Source: Vairimorpha necatrix (lineage: Eukaryota). Taken from it: a stretch of 64,000 bases of DNA. This document shows positions 24,980-40,036 of the stretch, one piece after another. The notes below the pieces were generated by a model. That model did not search any database. It saw only the letters and a list, made by a program, of their open reading frames with translations, and was not told the DNA's origin. The DNA lies in contig CP142734.1 in NCBI GenBank assembly GCA_036630325.1, forward strand, positions 1 through 64,000. Reading direction: 5' to 3'. Made by a program: the position numbers and the translations under genes. Each line of letters begins with the position of its first letter. The first letter of the stretch is position 1.

Positions 24980-26231
24980 ATCGCAGCTTTTTACTATAAT
25001 TATAAAAAAGCTCTTCCGCTACATGTGCTTTACTTAAATTTAGTCATATAATCTATTGATAAACATAAGGTTTCTCCGGTCATATATTTTTAGTCCGTAG
25101 AAAATAATGATTTTAATAATCGCATTTATACCTAATTATTGCCAATCAAACATAAGTATGATTATTACATAATCATTGTGATGAATGTATGCGAAAACTT
25201 CTATAGATATAAGTTTAGCATTATCTGAATAAATAATTCAATTATTAAAAGGGATATTAGAATTAAGATCAAATTATAAATATTAGACTATTTAGAAACA
25301 GTTTTACGTAGAATAAAGGTGCAATTTTAGACATTTCGAGTATTTTAATAATCCTACTTACTAATATTATTCATAGAACATCAGTCTGATGAATTTGATA
25401 CATAACATTGAATTGTGTGATATGTAAAAACAAGAATATTTTGATGATTATTCTAGTATTTAATTAATGATTATAAGAATTTAAAAAGATAATTTATGAA
25501 AACTTTTAAAATGCTTAATATTTTATGTGTCCCTTCCATATACTGATATAAATAAATGATAAAATTCAAAACGATATCATATTAAGTGTTATAACACTAT
25601 ACGATTAACAATGAATATTTTGAATTAAGAAGTATGCATAAATATCCCTAATTCTCAATTTGCTATTAATTTAAAACAGATGTATAAGGATAAAATTTTA
25701 GAAATATCGAAAACAAAATATTAAACAAAAAAGTATTTTATATATACAATAGAAATTGTTATTAATGAGGTTTCTATATAAAATATATACAAAAAATATC
25801 AGTTCAAAATGTTGAATCCTTTTTACTTTTTTTTGATCTACTACTGATTTAACGAGTAAATATTATACGATCAGATGTAAAATATTTTCTCTAATAGAAA
25901 GATACTAACATAACAATCAGATATATTTATATATATTTCGTTTTAATTTCAGGTGGTCTACTCATCTCCTGAACAGGTTTGCCAATATTATCATATATTG
26001 AAAGTAAGTTTTTCAAAAACTATCCTTTATTAAAAGTAATTTTGATCTCGTAAAATCATGAGATATCTTAAGATCAAGATGTTTTAACTAATTTTATATC
26101 CTATATTGGGTCGCGAAATTCTATGTTATGGTACAATAAGATATCGTTGAAATATAGTTATATTTCGACATAAAAATAAATGAATCTAATTAGGATATGC
26201 TTATTGTAACTTATATTTATAGTTTAACAAG

Positions 26232-26360
26232 GATAGGTTCGCGTTAGCGTCTCCTGCTTGTAGGTTGCTTCTTATCTTCATAGTCTTTTCCACATCTGCT
26301 TCGTATCCTCTCCTTCACTAGTCCAGAGACCTGCTTTGTAGCGTGATCATCTGGATGTTA
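26232..26360 (-). mobile_element. Short 3' remnant of a probable RLE non-LTR family
   Basis: Similar to 14360-14495, including the ATCATCT.GATGT motif at the far end. Confidence 0.5.
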
Positions 26361-27699
26361 TTTAGACATAACATATTTTTTATAAATATGACAATTCTTA
26401 TTCAAGCTTATTTTTTTAGAAATTCTCATTAAATTATGCAAAAAATTATATATAATTATATAATATAAGTATCTTGATTTTATTAGATGTTATTTATTTG
26501 AAATATATCAATTTGTTCTTTTTATTTTCCATGCCATCTTTTGGAAATTATTTTAAATACTTTTTGTAGCCAATTAAATCTGTCAATTTGTGAGAATATG
26601 ATTGATCAGTATTTTATTGGCTACGATAATATCTACATTTATGTATAAAAATTATAATTTTTAGATAATTTCAATGTTAAATTCATACATACGTACTTAT
26701 GAGATTTTGCTATTATTCTTAATAGAAATTGTGTTTATTCTCGATACATTTATATAATCGCTCCCTCGTATTAAATAAATAAAATATAAAATCTTCATGA
26801 TATTTAAATTTCGTTTTATATTATGTTAAAGTGTTGTATTTTTATAAAGTATTGTTTCCAATGGGGTATTGGTTGTTTTTTATCCACGATTATATTCTTT
26901 CTAATGTACCTCGATGTATTCCAAATAAAGAATTCATCTATAGATTCAAAAAATCTTTGTTATTGATTTATACACAAATTATATTCTGATTTGTTTAATT
27001 CAAAATCTATTTATTCTATGTGTTGATACCGGCAAAAATTATATAATTGAATGTTTTAATTACATAAAAATACTTATATATTATATGTTACCATATAGAA
27101 AGTTCTATTATTTCAATACAATTAATTTCACTGCACTAATATTTATGTATATTTTTCTTGATTTTTAAGTTTTCTATTTTGTACTTTTATATATATATAT
27201 ATATATGTGCAGATAGATACTTTTTAAAAAAATTTAAATCATGTATGTAATAAAGGTTTTAATTAGAATAAAAAACTTCACAATTTACTTACATATACTA
27301 CATATGTTATTTTTACTAGTTTTTATGAGATGTCAATTTCTCCTTTTTTTGTTCATTATCTCTCTCATGTAAAATATACATAGATACTTTCCATTTGCCA
27401 AAAAAATTAGAAATATTGCTGATACTTAAAGATTTGTATATATATTTAGATGTAATTGTAATTAAAATATAGGTTGTTTCTGGGAGTTTTTAAAATATTT
27501 AATCATTATAATAAAAATTTTTACCAATTAGTATACATTTATTAATTTTATTCTTATGTTAGAATGTTAAATCGTAAAACGCCCACGGTTACATTAGAAA
27601 CTTTTAGAATCATTCTGTTTTAAAATCTTCATAATAAGGACATACTTTGATTTACTTAAAGAAAAGATGAAACAATAAACTAAAAAGTACGCATATATA

Positions 27700-28110
27700 T
27701 ACACACATTCCTTGTTATCACATAAGATCGTACAATTATATGCATTTTCAGCTCTTCTTAATTTTTTCATATTTTTCTATATTTGTCTTCTTATATATAT
27801 ATATATATATATATATACAAGAAAGAGATGGAAAAATGGCAAATTTCTAAATGCTTAAAAAACAAATAAAGACACACAAAAAGTCCTTGTATAACAATAT
27901 GTAAATTTATATGCCTTTTTAGCTGTTCAAATTTTTTTCATATTTTTCAAGATCTGTCTTCTTATATATATATACAGGAAGGAGATGAAAAAATAACAAA
28001 TCTTTTAAATGGCTCAAAAACAAAAAAAGACACACAAAGTTCACTTATATACCAATAATATAGATTTATATGTAGTCTTAGATGTTCTAAATTTTACGAC
28101 ATTGTTATTT
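27700..28110. repeat. Degenerate ~175-bp tandem repeat containing (TA)n
   Basis: Repeated TTATATG....TTAG.TGTTC, TGTCTTCTTATATATA and AAAGACACACAAA blocks. Confidence 0.7.
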
Positions 28111-30902
28111 CCTTCTTATATGTTTATAAAGTTATAGTTACTTATCTATAAAAATTAACTAAAATTATTTTCTCTTAAAAATATCATCAAGAAAACCCAT
28201 AGTTCTTAACTCTTTATACATATACTATACATGTTAATTTTTTTTGTTTAGAAGTAAAGTTAATTTTCTTCTTCTTTCAAGTTCATTATCCTTCTTATAT
28301 ATACATATACATATTTACAATTAGTTTTATAAAAAGAGTATAAGTTCTGTTTTTCTTAGTACCCCAATGATTTGATTATATTAACCAATATTTCGATACA
28401 GTATGTTTCTGTTTGTTGTTAAAATACGTTATGTTAAAGCTTTTTTAATAATTTGGCTTCATAGTGTATATAGTATATTATTGTTTTATAATTACAATTT
28501 AAAAGGTTGAATTCCTATATTTAACTATTAAAAATATGGTTAATTCTTTGGCACAACTTCTTCATACATCGGTCATCTAAAAATTTAAAGGGCCTAACAA
28601 ACCATAATTGATCATCTAAATATACAAAAATATAAATAAATAGAAAATACTTTGCATTGCTTTGTTTTGCGGACTTTAATTATTTCAAAAGTTATAAATT
28701 AGTTTTTTTCTAGATAGTAAATACCTAACCTATCTAAACTACCCTGTCTATCACCTACTAAACTAAATTAGCCGTATTTCTTATAATGCATTCTCGTTTG
28801 AGTTTTAAAAAAAATTCAAAATTAAATTTGTCCTGAAATACGTACTTATATTATAAACAATTTGTTATTTAAAGTATCGTCTATAATTCGATCAATTATA
28901 ATTATTAACATTCTAAAAGTAAGATTTAGTGTTTAATGCATAATAATAATAAAAAAATAATTTTCATCATAAAGCTGTATTCATTAATAATGACATTATA
29001 TCATTCATTGCAATATAATTTTATGTTAGAAGTGTCTATTGTAGCGTTTTAATCTAATTCATTTAGATAAACTATTTGAATTATAACAAAATAATGTATA
29101 TTTTAAGTATATATGCAATAGACCCAAGCTAAATTTTGTACTAAGTCATCTATATAGAACAGAGATTTAAAAAATTACAAAAAGTTCTACATTACTATCC
29201 TTCGATAATAAAACTTTAATAAGAACTAATTCGGTAAGGCGAAGCGCAAATAAAATAGAATCTTTTTGAAGTCCATTGTAAGATTTGTTAGGAACTCCCA
29301 GTATACGATTTTAAAGACAAGCAGATATGACATATGTAAAATATTAAATCTATTAATGTATAAATGTAAAATATCGACATATCAGATTGAATTATTATAT
29401 TTATGAGTTTTATAGTCGTAAAATAATGTATTATTATATTTTTAAATAAATGTATAGTTTTATTTTTCCGGTAAACACAATGATTTTTAGTACATAATTT
29501 TTTTTACTTTCTATAACCTGTATCTATCAAATTAAAAGTCATTTTGATAATTCAAATTCTTAAAAAAAAATTTCATTATAATAGATAGCAAAATTTGAGA
29601 TTTTTAATATTATGATTATTTGTATATGCACAGCAACGAAAAAAGAAGGTAAGATGTATATAAATGTAAATTGTATTATCTCTTTATTTTTTTATAAATT
29701 GTATGGATAACAAAAATAATTTGTAAACTGAATTTTATGGTATTAATATTGCATTTTATTTTAAATTTTGCTGGATACATTAAATTATCTAATAAAAAGT
29801 AGATATCTTAAATATTCTTCTATAGCAATCATTTACTTATCTAAACATTTAACCAACTCTCAAAACATTATCTACAAAGGATCTTTTTTTGTTCTTGAAT
29901 ATCTTCTTAACAAATATTAACAATTTTAATAAAATGTATGTTACACATACTAAAGATAAATTTAATGCACTTCCTTGTTCTCTAGATTACTCTAGATTTA
30001 ATCAGATATTTTTTCTATCTTTAAATGAGTCTTGAATTCATATATCTTTAATATAAGGTTTATGTTCACTATACAATATTCATCAATAATTTAGTCCATT
30101 ACAAATTTTCAATTAACATTAATATATAAATATCTACAATTTTTAAAGAATTGCAGCTTTTATTTTCATATTTGAACTAGTTCTTTTCGTAAAAAATACC
30201 ACTTACATGTATGGCTTAACGCTATTGTATTTGCGATTTTGGATTTTTTTGATTCATTTGGATCTAGTATTTACTGAACCCAAATCAGGGGATCATAAAG
30301 CCGTGAATACAGTTATATAATTGATAGGATTTTGGAAAGCCTAGGATGTGTCAGTCCTCATAGTACAAAAAAATGTTTCGGTCATATAAGAGGGAGATAA
30401 ATGTAGAGATTAGAATTTTAATTGAACTTTAGTATAAGGTTTGTTAAATATGATCGAATTGTTACAAAAATACAATCCATTACATCTAATTAAATTTGTT
30501 AAATCTTTAAACTTACATTTCTAATATTTTTCTTGATATCATAATTAAGAAAATAAATTTCTTTTCTGAGTAACAATTTAATTTTGTTTTGTCTTGTTAT
30601 TAAATTTATAAAAAATGAAATGTTTCTTTTATTATAGATTTTCTTGTTTTATATATAATTTATAGAATTATAATGGGTTTTATATAATATTTTATAAATT
30701 TGAATCAAATAAATTTAATATAATATATAAGAGGGGGTTTGTAATTTACATTTTAGTAGCAGATTCATTTTTTGGATAAAAAATATGCACAAGAAGGCGA
30801 ATAAAGATTAATAGGGAAAAAATTCAAGAAATAGTTGTGTGTTAATGTGATATTTATAAAAAATTATTTAAACAAGAAAAAATAACATAATTTAAGGCTT
30901 AT

Positions 30903-31630
30903 TGTTAAAGAAAATTGTATGTGAAGGGTATAATTTATAAATATATATTTTCAACATCCCGCGCTGAATCTACAACTAAGTATTTTATATATTTTTTTCT
31001 ACTAACTCGCTCACTACTTGGCTCTCATAAAAGAAGTGCATTATTATGTTAACAGACCATATGCTGTGCTTTACTCTTTTGCATCTTAATATCTTTTCTT
31101 GTTTTGGTCTTTACGGTTCTTTCTTTTCCGCGTAAAAAAAATTTCATCGATGGGCATGGGATTATTTTTAACATGTCTTCTTAACATTGGAACCATGATT
31201 TTATCTATCTATTTCATTATTTATTTACAACACAATTTTTTTGTTGTTTTTCTTCTGTTTTTAATTCTCTCTGGATTTCGAATACTGGTGGTTCAGCTAT
31301 CTTCCCACGATAGCTTTAATATTAATGGTGATTACCACTACCCTCAATATCGACAACTTTTATGTCAGATCTTACAAGATCAAAACTGTTTCAAATAACA
31401 ATCCATAGCTACTCTAAGTCTTCACATATGCAAGACATCACCTTCTCTTCTGTTAGACATCCAACACCCCAATCTGTCATATACTGCATTTTTTTTACGT
31501 CTCATGCCTCGGCGGAACTTACAACCTTTTCTTTTGTTTATGTTTGGGTTCGATCATTTTTTTTATTGTCCACCATGTTAAAGATAATTGTAAGTTAAGG
31601 GTTAAATTTATTAAATATATATTCTCAACA
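30903..31630 (-). mobile_element. Small non-autonomous LTR element with 54/55-bp LTRs
   Basis: Diverged direct repeats TGTTAAAGA.AATTGTA.GT.AAGGGT...AAATATATATT.TCAACA at 30903-30956 and 31576-31630. TGG follows the 5' LTR and GCGCGGGA precedes the 3' LTR. No TSD seen. Confidence 0.72.
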
Positions 31631-34600
31631 AAAAAATGATAAAATTTTTAATATTAGCAGTTCAAAAACAATAAGTAATATCTATAAGCGATGTTAGTTA
31701 TCACTAAATTAATAAAAGTTAAATTTGTATGTTTAAATGATTCATTTATCGTATTATTATTGTATAAGTTTATTTTTTAAATTCATTCTGCAGTCATAAT
31801 GTCTTATCTTAAAAAACATTAAAATCATATATTTAAATGACAGATGTTCTGGACGAATTAGATTATCCTCTTGACATCTTTAGCATAATAATTCCGAAAC
31901 AATGGGTTTGAATTAAATATGAATACATTTGAATTTACGAATATGTGCATTAATAAAAAGAAGACTTTAAAAACGCATTTTTATATAAAGCAAACATATA
32001 AAATCAAGAAATGTAATATAAAAATAAACATTATTTGTTCTATATTATTATTAGATATGTATAATATATTTTTCTATTAATTTTCAATTTCCATCTCATA
32101 TGATTTTTAGATTTTCCTATAGTATTTGGGGCATTTACTTTATTATTTCTTTATGTTTTTAATTAAACTTTAAATGTGTACAAGAACAGGTATTTCGATT
32201 ATACGCATGTTTTACTTATCATATATATGATGTAAAATTTTTCATCGTTGGTCTTGCTATTTTGGTTAAAAACAATATAAGTAATATTTTTTAACGTCAA
32301 AACAATTGTACTCATTTTGTTTTTACTTAATTAGTTTATTTTTCATAGATAAATCTTTTTATCGTATATATATTGTTTACATAACTCATATATATTTTAA
32401 ACAAAAAAATTCTGTGCACTTTGCAGACTTTTGATCAGAAAAAAGAAAATACATACGGACCAACAAACACGAAAATACAAAAAAAAAAAGGTTTCTCATA
32501 AAGATAAACTTTTTAAAGCCAATTTACAGAAGAAAAAAAATTTCATTACAAAGTTCTAGTAAAATTATTATATACTATTACTATTATGATCGTTCATATT
32601 TGTTTTTTATAAAAAGTCTTTTTTGATAATCTTTATATACTTTTTTTTTTCCGTAAATGAAGATAATATAAACCACAATTTTTAATATTTAAATGTCTTT
32701 CAGTTTATACTTTTCTTTTCATGTTGCTTTAAGATAAATACAAAAGTTTTAAATACTGTGAATTTGAAAAATATTAAACTGTCAATAATGGAGCTCGCAG
32801 TTTTTAAGCTACAACGACTATTTTAAGACAAGTTCTAGTAACAAAAGAAATAATTTAATATATATTTTTTTGTAATTATATTAATTTCTATTTTATTTTT
32901 TTAACAATTCCTTTTGTATATAATATTTCGATTTTTTTAAATTTACTTCTTCCCTTTTTTATTCAAAAAAAATTAATTACTTCAATATAACTTGACGAAT
33001 TCAAATATTTGAATGAAAATTTTGAGATCTTTAAACATCACAAATTACTTATTCGATAACAATATCTTTATCTATTCTTTGTCCATACAAGAACTTTTGA
33101 ATGCTTTATTGTCTATGAGGATTTATTTTCATTGTTAAAAAATTTTAGATTCAAAAAATTCATTTTGTTTAAATATCATATTGTTTTGTTACTAATAAAT
33201 TTTTTCTCTGTTTATAAACTCTTTTTTATTTGTGTTATTAAATTTATTCAATCTTACACCACTCGTAAAGGCAATATAATCTAAATACATTTAATTAGGT
33301 AATACCTAACTTTTAAACATATTGTACCATAATTTGAATATTTAAATCATAATTATACAGCGTAATTTTTAATATCTTTTATTAACTTTAATCAGAAAAT
33401 TTGATTTTTATTCATGTATATTTATATTGATGTATTATATGACTTAATGAAGATATATTTGCCATAAAATAAATTGATTTGCAAGATTTTAAAGAATTTA
33501 TAGCTTCTAGTAATTTGTTTATTTAAATATGAATTTAAGTTAAATAAATTTACCATAGATATTTGAAACAATTTATCTTATGTTTTTTTATGTACTGTAG
33601 TATGTGTATAATTTATACCAGTCGACTCGTATGCATATTCTTTTCGTTTCAGTATCAAATAATATTAAATCTTTTATTCGGTTAATTTTTTAGCGTGATA
33701 TCTATAACGACTATCTGATGTGTTCTAATTCTCTTTATCATTGTTGCTGAATATAAGTTTTGTTTTATAATACTCGATATTATTTTATTGTATAGGCTTC
33801 TTTTAAAATCTAAAATAGTTCAGACTAATGTACTCAAGTTTACATTATGAATAGTCGATTCTAAAAAGTATAAACCAATTCGTATTGTGAATGTGCTCTT
33901 ATATGTTTTAAAGTTTATATTTCAAAAATCACTCTATATTTAGAACTTTATATTTTACTGCATACTAAATTATTCATAAAAAACGGCTACTATCAACATT
34001 ATACTTAGTCTTCTAATTGGTACTTATATAGATGTATTTTTAGTTAATTTACTAAACTTTTAAAATCTATTTTTGATATTTATTTAAAAATGCGACATAT
34101 TTATTATTTATTTTTAAATTTTTATTGTTTTTATTTTCAATGATAAAATTAGTATTTTAATTTATTAATTTTTTAGGTTTTCTGTCTTTTTTATATTGAC
34201 AATACATATTGTAAATATTTGATTATAATTTTACTTTGAAGTGTATAAAATGTTCATTGTTTAGGGTATAAGTCATATGAGCATTGTTATTCTATTACTT
34301 TGTGTTTATATATATATATGAGATAATCATATTTTATCATATGAAATATATAATTGAAATAAAAAAGAATTAGTAGTACATTAAGTTGAGAAAAAAATTA
34401 ATAATAAGTTGTTCAGTAAAACATGTGTTTTAAATCTGAAAATTCATAATAAACACCGTTTGTATGTAAAATATTTCTTGACTTAGAAATTCTAAGTATA
34501 TGTTTTAAAAAAAATTAATATAACGAAATTTTTTTTTATATGAAATGTAGTAATCTATTCATTGTGTTTCTAAAGTTTCAACTTATAAAATTTTATTTAA

Positions 34601-34759
34601 TTTCTGATACATTAATTTCTTAAATAACAAAAGAAAGTAATTGAGAAGATTATTCATATAAATTTTCCTGAATCAAAATACAAAAATAACAACTTATAGG
34701 TTTTTCTAGAAAAGTCCCAACGTATTTCAAATTAATTTGTAAGAAAGTTTTTTTTATAC

Positions 34760-35120
34760 AAAGAAAATATGCATAATAAAATTAATTTGTGTATACTAGT
34801 GTTAATACTTCTAATTAAACAAGAATATGATTTGAGTTGGCGTCTTCTGCTTGTAGGAAGCATCCGCTCTATGGTCCTTTCAACATCAGCTTCGTCTCCT
34901 CGAATTAGTAATTTCAGAGATACACATTCTTTCATCTTCTTTAGCTTGATAGTCTAGATATAAGCTTGTACTGTCTTAGGGATTCTAAGTCACTTGTAAA
35001 AGATTTGTAAAACTTAGTCACTATACCGTCGCAGGTGATTATGTAGGGAATTATTTCTGTTTTAAAACCATACTAAGCACAGTTCGTTTGTAAAAACATC
35101 GTATTTCTATACTTATCGGT
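34760..35120 (-). mobile_element. Decayed RLE non-LTR fragment of a second family
   Basis: Minus strand reads TEIIPYIITCDGIVTKF..QAYI*TIKLKKMKECVS, homologous to IVPYVMTWDGVVTKY..AYIQSIVMKKTLESIS. Confidence 0.8.
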
Positions 35121-36907
35121 TTAAAGGAGATATTAAATATATATATAAATTATATTTTTAAAACAAGAAAATATAATTTAAGTATTTTTATAACCGCGAT
35201 AATAAGAAAAATTATCTGATTTTTCCTTTTCTCGTTTAAAATTTTTTTCATACAGTTAAAAAGCTAATGTTGTTTGTTAATTATGTGTTGTGTCAATATA
35301 TCATGTTTAAGCTAATTTAGATAGATAAAATATATAGTGTAGTGGAAAACTCAAAAATATTCATGCAATATTTATAAAAAAATTTTACCTCAGTACTATT
35401 ATTATAAATGATGCACCAAATTTTCTAATATCAATAGAAATATAAAAATTTATTAAATCATTTGTACAAGCGTGGTAGGTGTAATTTTAAAGTAACTAAA
35501 AAAGCCTTAAGCAAGTCTTAAGACAATACAAAAAAGTTATTCCGATGTAATGACAAGTTAAATATAGCAAAACAAACACGATATATATATATATTGATTC
35601 TATTTATCGTGGCATTTTTTTTAAATTCAATCAAAAACACAATAATATCTTTGTTTTAATGATTTAATTATTATGAAAACGAGTTATGACATGGGCTGTT
35701 TTCGTTAGTGTCGAAATTAGAGTTAACAATACTTATAAAGTTAACGAAAACATAGTATATTAGATTTTACTATATATATGACGTTCTTATAAACACTTTG
35801 ATTTTTATAATATAAACATGTTTTGAAATAAAGTAGCTTTAATATCATTTTTTTGTAATTACGGATTATACGCATTTATAATTCAATCTTTACTTTATAT
35901 GTTCATGATTGTGTTATATTAAATTTACTTGTGCATTACAATGGCTTTTTTGGTAGATTTGTTATGACCTTTATTTAAGTATAATTTTTTCTGTTTTAAT
36001 ACAAATACTAGGTCTTTTCTGTAAAAAATAACCTGCAAATAGTAATAGAGTCATAAAAGATTATGTACAATTTTTTATTTTAAAAATTTTATAAAATATT
36101 TGCTATCTCTGATATTTAAATAATTTAGCCTACACAAATATATAAATAGCCGTTTAAACCTATACTTCTTAATTGTATCTATATAAAGAATCAAATTTTA
36201 CATAAAAACATAATAGTAAAACAAATTTGGAGAAATCCTTGTGCAATATTATTGATATAATTTAAAAAAATCATTGTATTATTAACAAACTATTAAGTTA
36301 ACATAATTTTAAAAATTCGATCTATATATTTTTTCATTCTAAGAGGATCCTGAACGAATTTTTTAAATTACGGCTTTTTTATAATAAACTGTGGCTACAT
36401 AATGTTTGTTTTGTTGTATTAAAGGCAATTTACATTTTCATCAGATACTGTAACAACCAGTCCTTTCAATATGTACAGAGTTACAATTTATACAATTAAA
36501 ATTTTGTTTTCAAATTTGTTTAGAGCGATATAATAGTAAATACAGATTATATTATAAATACTATGTTAATTATAAATCAACTCACGTGACATGTCAATAT
36601 TTTTTTTCACATCTATGTCTAATACATTATATATTGTATTAATATTGCAATAAAACGCATGTATACTAATTCTTAAAGTTTATTTTTTTTAATCTTTACC
36701 CTTAATTCTAGTTAAATATAAGAAGAGAAATACAAGGCTTTGTGAAAATTAAAAAGAAATATGTAAATATATATGTTTAGAGTGTTCGATTTTATATAAC
36801 AGTAAAAATTTGATTATATAAAAACTTTTATTTTCTTACAAATGAAAATTTATTTTGACAGCACAATTGATATTTAGTAAAAATTTAATTAAAATCATTT
36901 GCAGTAG

Positions 36908-37194
36908 TGAGGTATTACCCGGGAGTTAGCCGTTCCTCAGATAGCATTCTATGATGCTTCTCCCGGGTATTAAAGTTTGGTTATAATTAATGTTGTATTT
37001 ATTTAATCTGCCTCCTTGATCATTGTCTTCCCTCTTCTGGGGATGCAGTGATTGATACTGCTGTTCTCTAGACTCCTCTGTTCTTCTCGACATATTTTTT
37101 GTGTGTTAAAAATAAAAAGAAAATATTTTTAAAAAATAAATTCTAGAAAATTCATTTGGAGGGAAAATATAATAATGTGGTAAATAATACCACA
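36908..37194 (-). mobile_element. Solo LTR of the 12208-14180 family
   Basis: TGAGGTATTA...TAATACCACA, 287 bp, TSD AGTAG on both sides. Confidence 0.95.
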
Positions 37195-39706
37195 AGTAGT
37201 ATCTTACTAAAGTCCAAAGTGCTTGAAAAATTTCCATAATTTTAGAATGTTGATATGTAAGAAAATAAAACGTAATTTATATGCTAAAATTCATATAATA
37301 TTTATAGGCATATAAAAATAAATATTTCTTTTTATCTTTAAATGATTTGTATTTTATAAAATATTTTACAGCTGAAATTTTTTCGTTTTAAATATAAAAA
37401 CGATTAGACATAATTATTTATTTTATATTTGTTTGTTTTTATTTTACTTTTCAAGCGTAAATATATTTTTCTAGTTTGAATTTAACATAAATAATTATAT
37501 ATTGTTAGAATAAAATTTAAAAGTAATAGACAAGATGTTTTTTGATACTTTAACTACAAGATTATCAATTTGGTTAATAAATGGTTATTTTATATAAATT
37601 TATACTGATGAAGGAATTTTTATGCATTCCATATCTATAATTATTATAATAGTCTTAAATGTTTTTTACACATTTCAGGATTTATACGCGAATTTCCATT
37701 TGTTTATTTATGGCAATAAATAAGAGCCCTTATAATATCGTGAGATCACACATAGAAATAAGTTAGAAAAATAGATTAATAATAGGAAAGTATATAATAA
37801 GTATTAAAATATTAAATAGGATTTTTACATAAATTTTAAATATATAAAGACCTTTTGTTTGCTTGTATGTGTGTTTAATGATCAAGCAATTAAGTTTTTC
37901 TAATATTTCGAAAGATTTTAACGTAAGACTAAGAATTTTTCGTAATCAATTAGATAAATTTATTAATGACCTATTAATTATAGAAATACTGAACTTACTC
38001 TGGTTAAGAATCTTGTATAGTTGTTTATAAAATATGCACAATTTTACAAATTTGTAATTTTATTAATAAAAAAATATATGGTAGAATATAAGAAAGAAAT
38101 AATATATATTTCGGCATATTTGTATTGACTTTGAGCATTTTTAAGTAAGTGTTATGATATATAATATATGCTTTTGAATTTTGATTACGAAAAAGTCCTG
38201 CTTAAATTAATCAATAGATAAATAATTATACACAACCAATATAAATTAGGGAGTATATTTATAAAAGACTACTCATAATGTAAAATATGTACTGGCATAA
38301 GGGTTGGTATGTATGATTGCTAAATTAAATTTTGATGATTAACAAAAGATATTTAAATTTGTTACAATACTATTTTTTCGAGACATTAGATCATTTATTT
38401 CTCAATATAGTAAAATATACTGTTAAAAGATTGTGCAATATGATATTTAAGCGTTTCATACTTTTGTAAGTATTGACGATCATTAAGATGAATAATTTCC
38501 TCTATAATTCAGATGTGCTTCATTAAATTATTGAATTAGTTTAAAAAAACATTTGTTTTGTTAATACAAATGCAAAAATAATGAACAGATTAAATAATTT
38601 AATAATAGTGAAATTATGAATATAAAAAAGTTCGTAAATTTTTATTTAAAATCGAACAAAGTGTTGTTTGCGATTTTAAATTTGGTAATTTTAATATCTC
38701 CTTCAGCAACTTAAAATATTGTATAATTGAAAAAATTTATCCTATCTATACACAATGAACTCTATGATTATCTACTAATATTTCAAAATATATTAAAAGC
38801 GTATAGATTATCATCGTTAAATCTTTTATTCACTTTGTATTATCTGCTAGGAAGATGGTACTCGAAATAGTATTTAGTGCATTGAATCCTCTTATTATAT
38901 GTAATAGTATTTTCATCTCTGTTATTAAATTTTTTACAAAACACATAATGGTAAGCGCAATCTATTAATTTTTTCTATTTAAGGATCGTTCTTATACATT
39001 AAAACTTCTATCATTTACATTTGCATTTTGCTTTTTAAAATCTTATAATTAAAATTTTTGACTTATAATATCGTTACACATTATATAATATAATTAAATG
39101 ATTCTACAAACAATTTATACGCATGTTAGATATTAGATTTACAACAAACTTAAGTGGTTAACAGCTTTATTGGTCGTATAGATGTTAATAAATCCATAAA
39201 ATTACGAAAGCAATTCATCTTTCCATATTACATAATTCTATAAATTTTTTTATGACTAATTATAATATAATCAGCTATATGTAATACGCTATTAATATTG
39301 ATTAAAATTAAATATTATATATCTGGAAATTACGAATGTACTAGAACCTAGGCTTTTAAAAATATTGTATGTACAAAAATTATTTAATTTGTAAGAAAGA
39401 AATTTTCGATTTCTAATTAATTTGACTTCGAAAAGTTTTGCACTAGAATTCATTAAGTGTTTCTATAATATAAGTGCATCACAACAAAAAAAATTTAATT
39501 AAAAAAAGTAAAGTCATATTTTGTTTAAGATACTTTTTTCTGATTAACTTATTTTATTAGCATTAATTAAAGATTTTATAAGCATCGATTAATAGCTATC
39601 ATTTTTTATTACCATATTAATATATACCATTTTAAAATATATTATATTTTTTTCTTTCCCTATTATTTAATCAAAGCAGTATGATCAATTTGTGTATAAT
39701 ATCATA

Positions 39707-40036
39707 TTACTGATTACCTTCACAAAATGCCCTCAAAATCTCTTCATCTGTTCCCGAGATGGTTTCTAAAATTCTCTTATTGGGCTTAAAACACGCTTTC
39801 CTGCTCAGAATCTGCCCATGTCTGATTGACAAGTTAAATTTTTCGAAGTCGTTAAGGGCTCTCATCTTTATATATGCTTTTGTCAAATCAGAATATGTGG
39901 TAATTAGCAATTTTATTAAAAATTTAATAGGACAAAAAAATTTTAAACTGATTGAATAATCATCCCTAAATGAAATTTTAAAATCACTGAAGAATCTTAT
40001 TTCATTATTATTTTTTAAAAAATATTTAAACTTCAT
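39707..40036 (-). CDS. Hypothetical protein, 109 aa
   Basis: ATG-initiated ORF with plausible composition and no recognised motif. Confidence 0.3.
   Translation of the reverse strand: MKFKYFLKNNNEIRFFSDFKISFRDDYSISLKFFCPIKFLIKLLITTYSDLTKAYIKMRALNDFEKFNLSIRHGQILSRKACFKPNKRILETISGTDEEILRAFCEGNQ

Noticed and set aside
21760-28110. CRISPR-like interpretation of the tandem repeats
   Set aside because: Units are long and degenerate with no unique spacers, there are no cas genes, and the context is eukaryotic.
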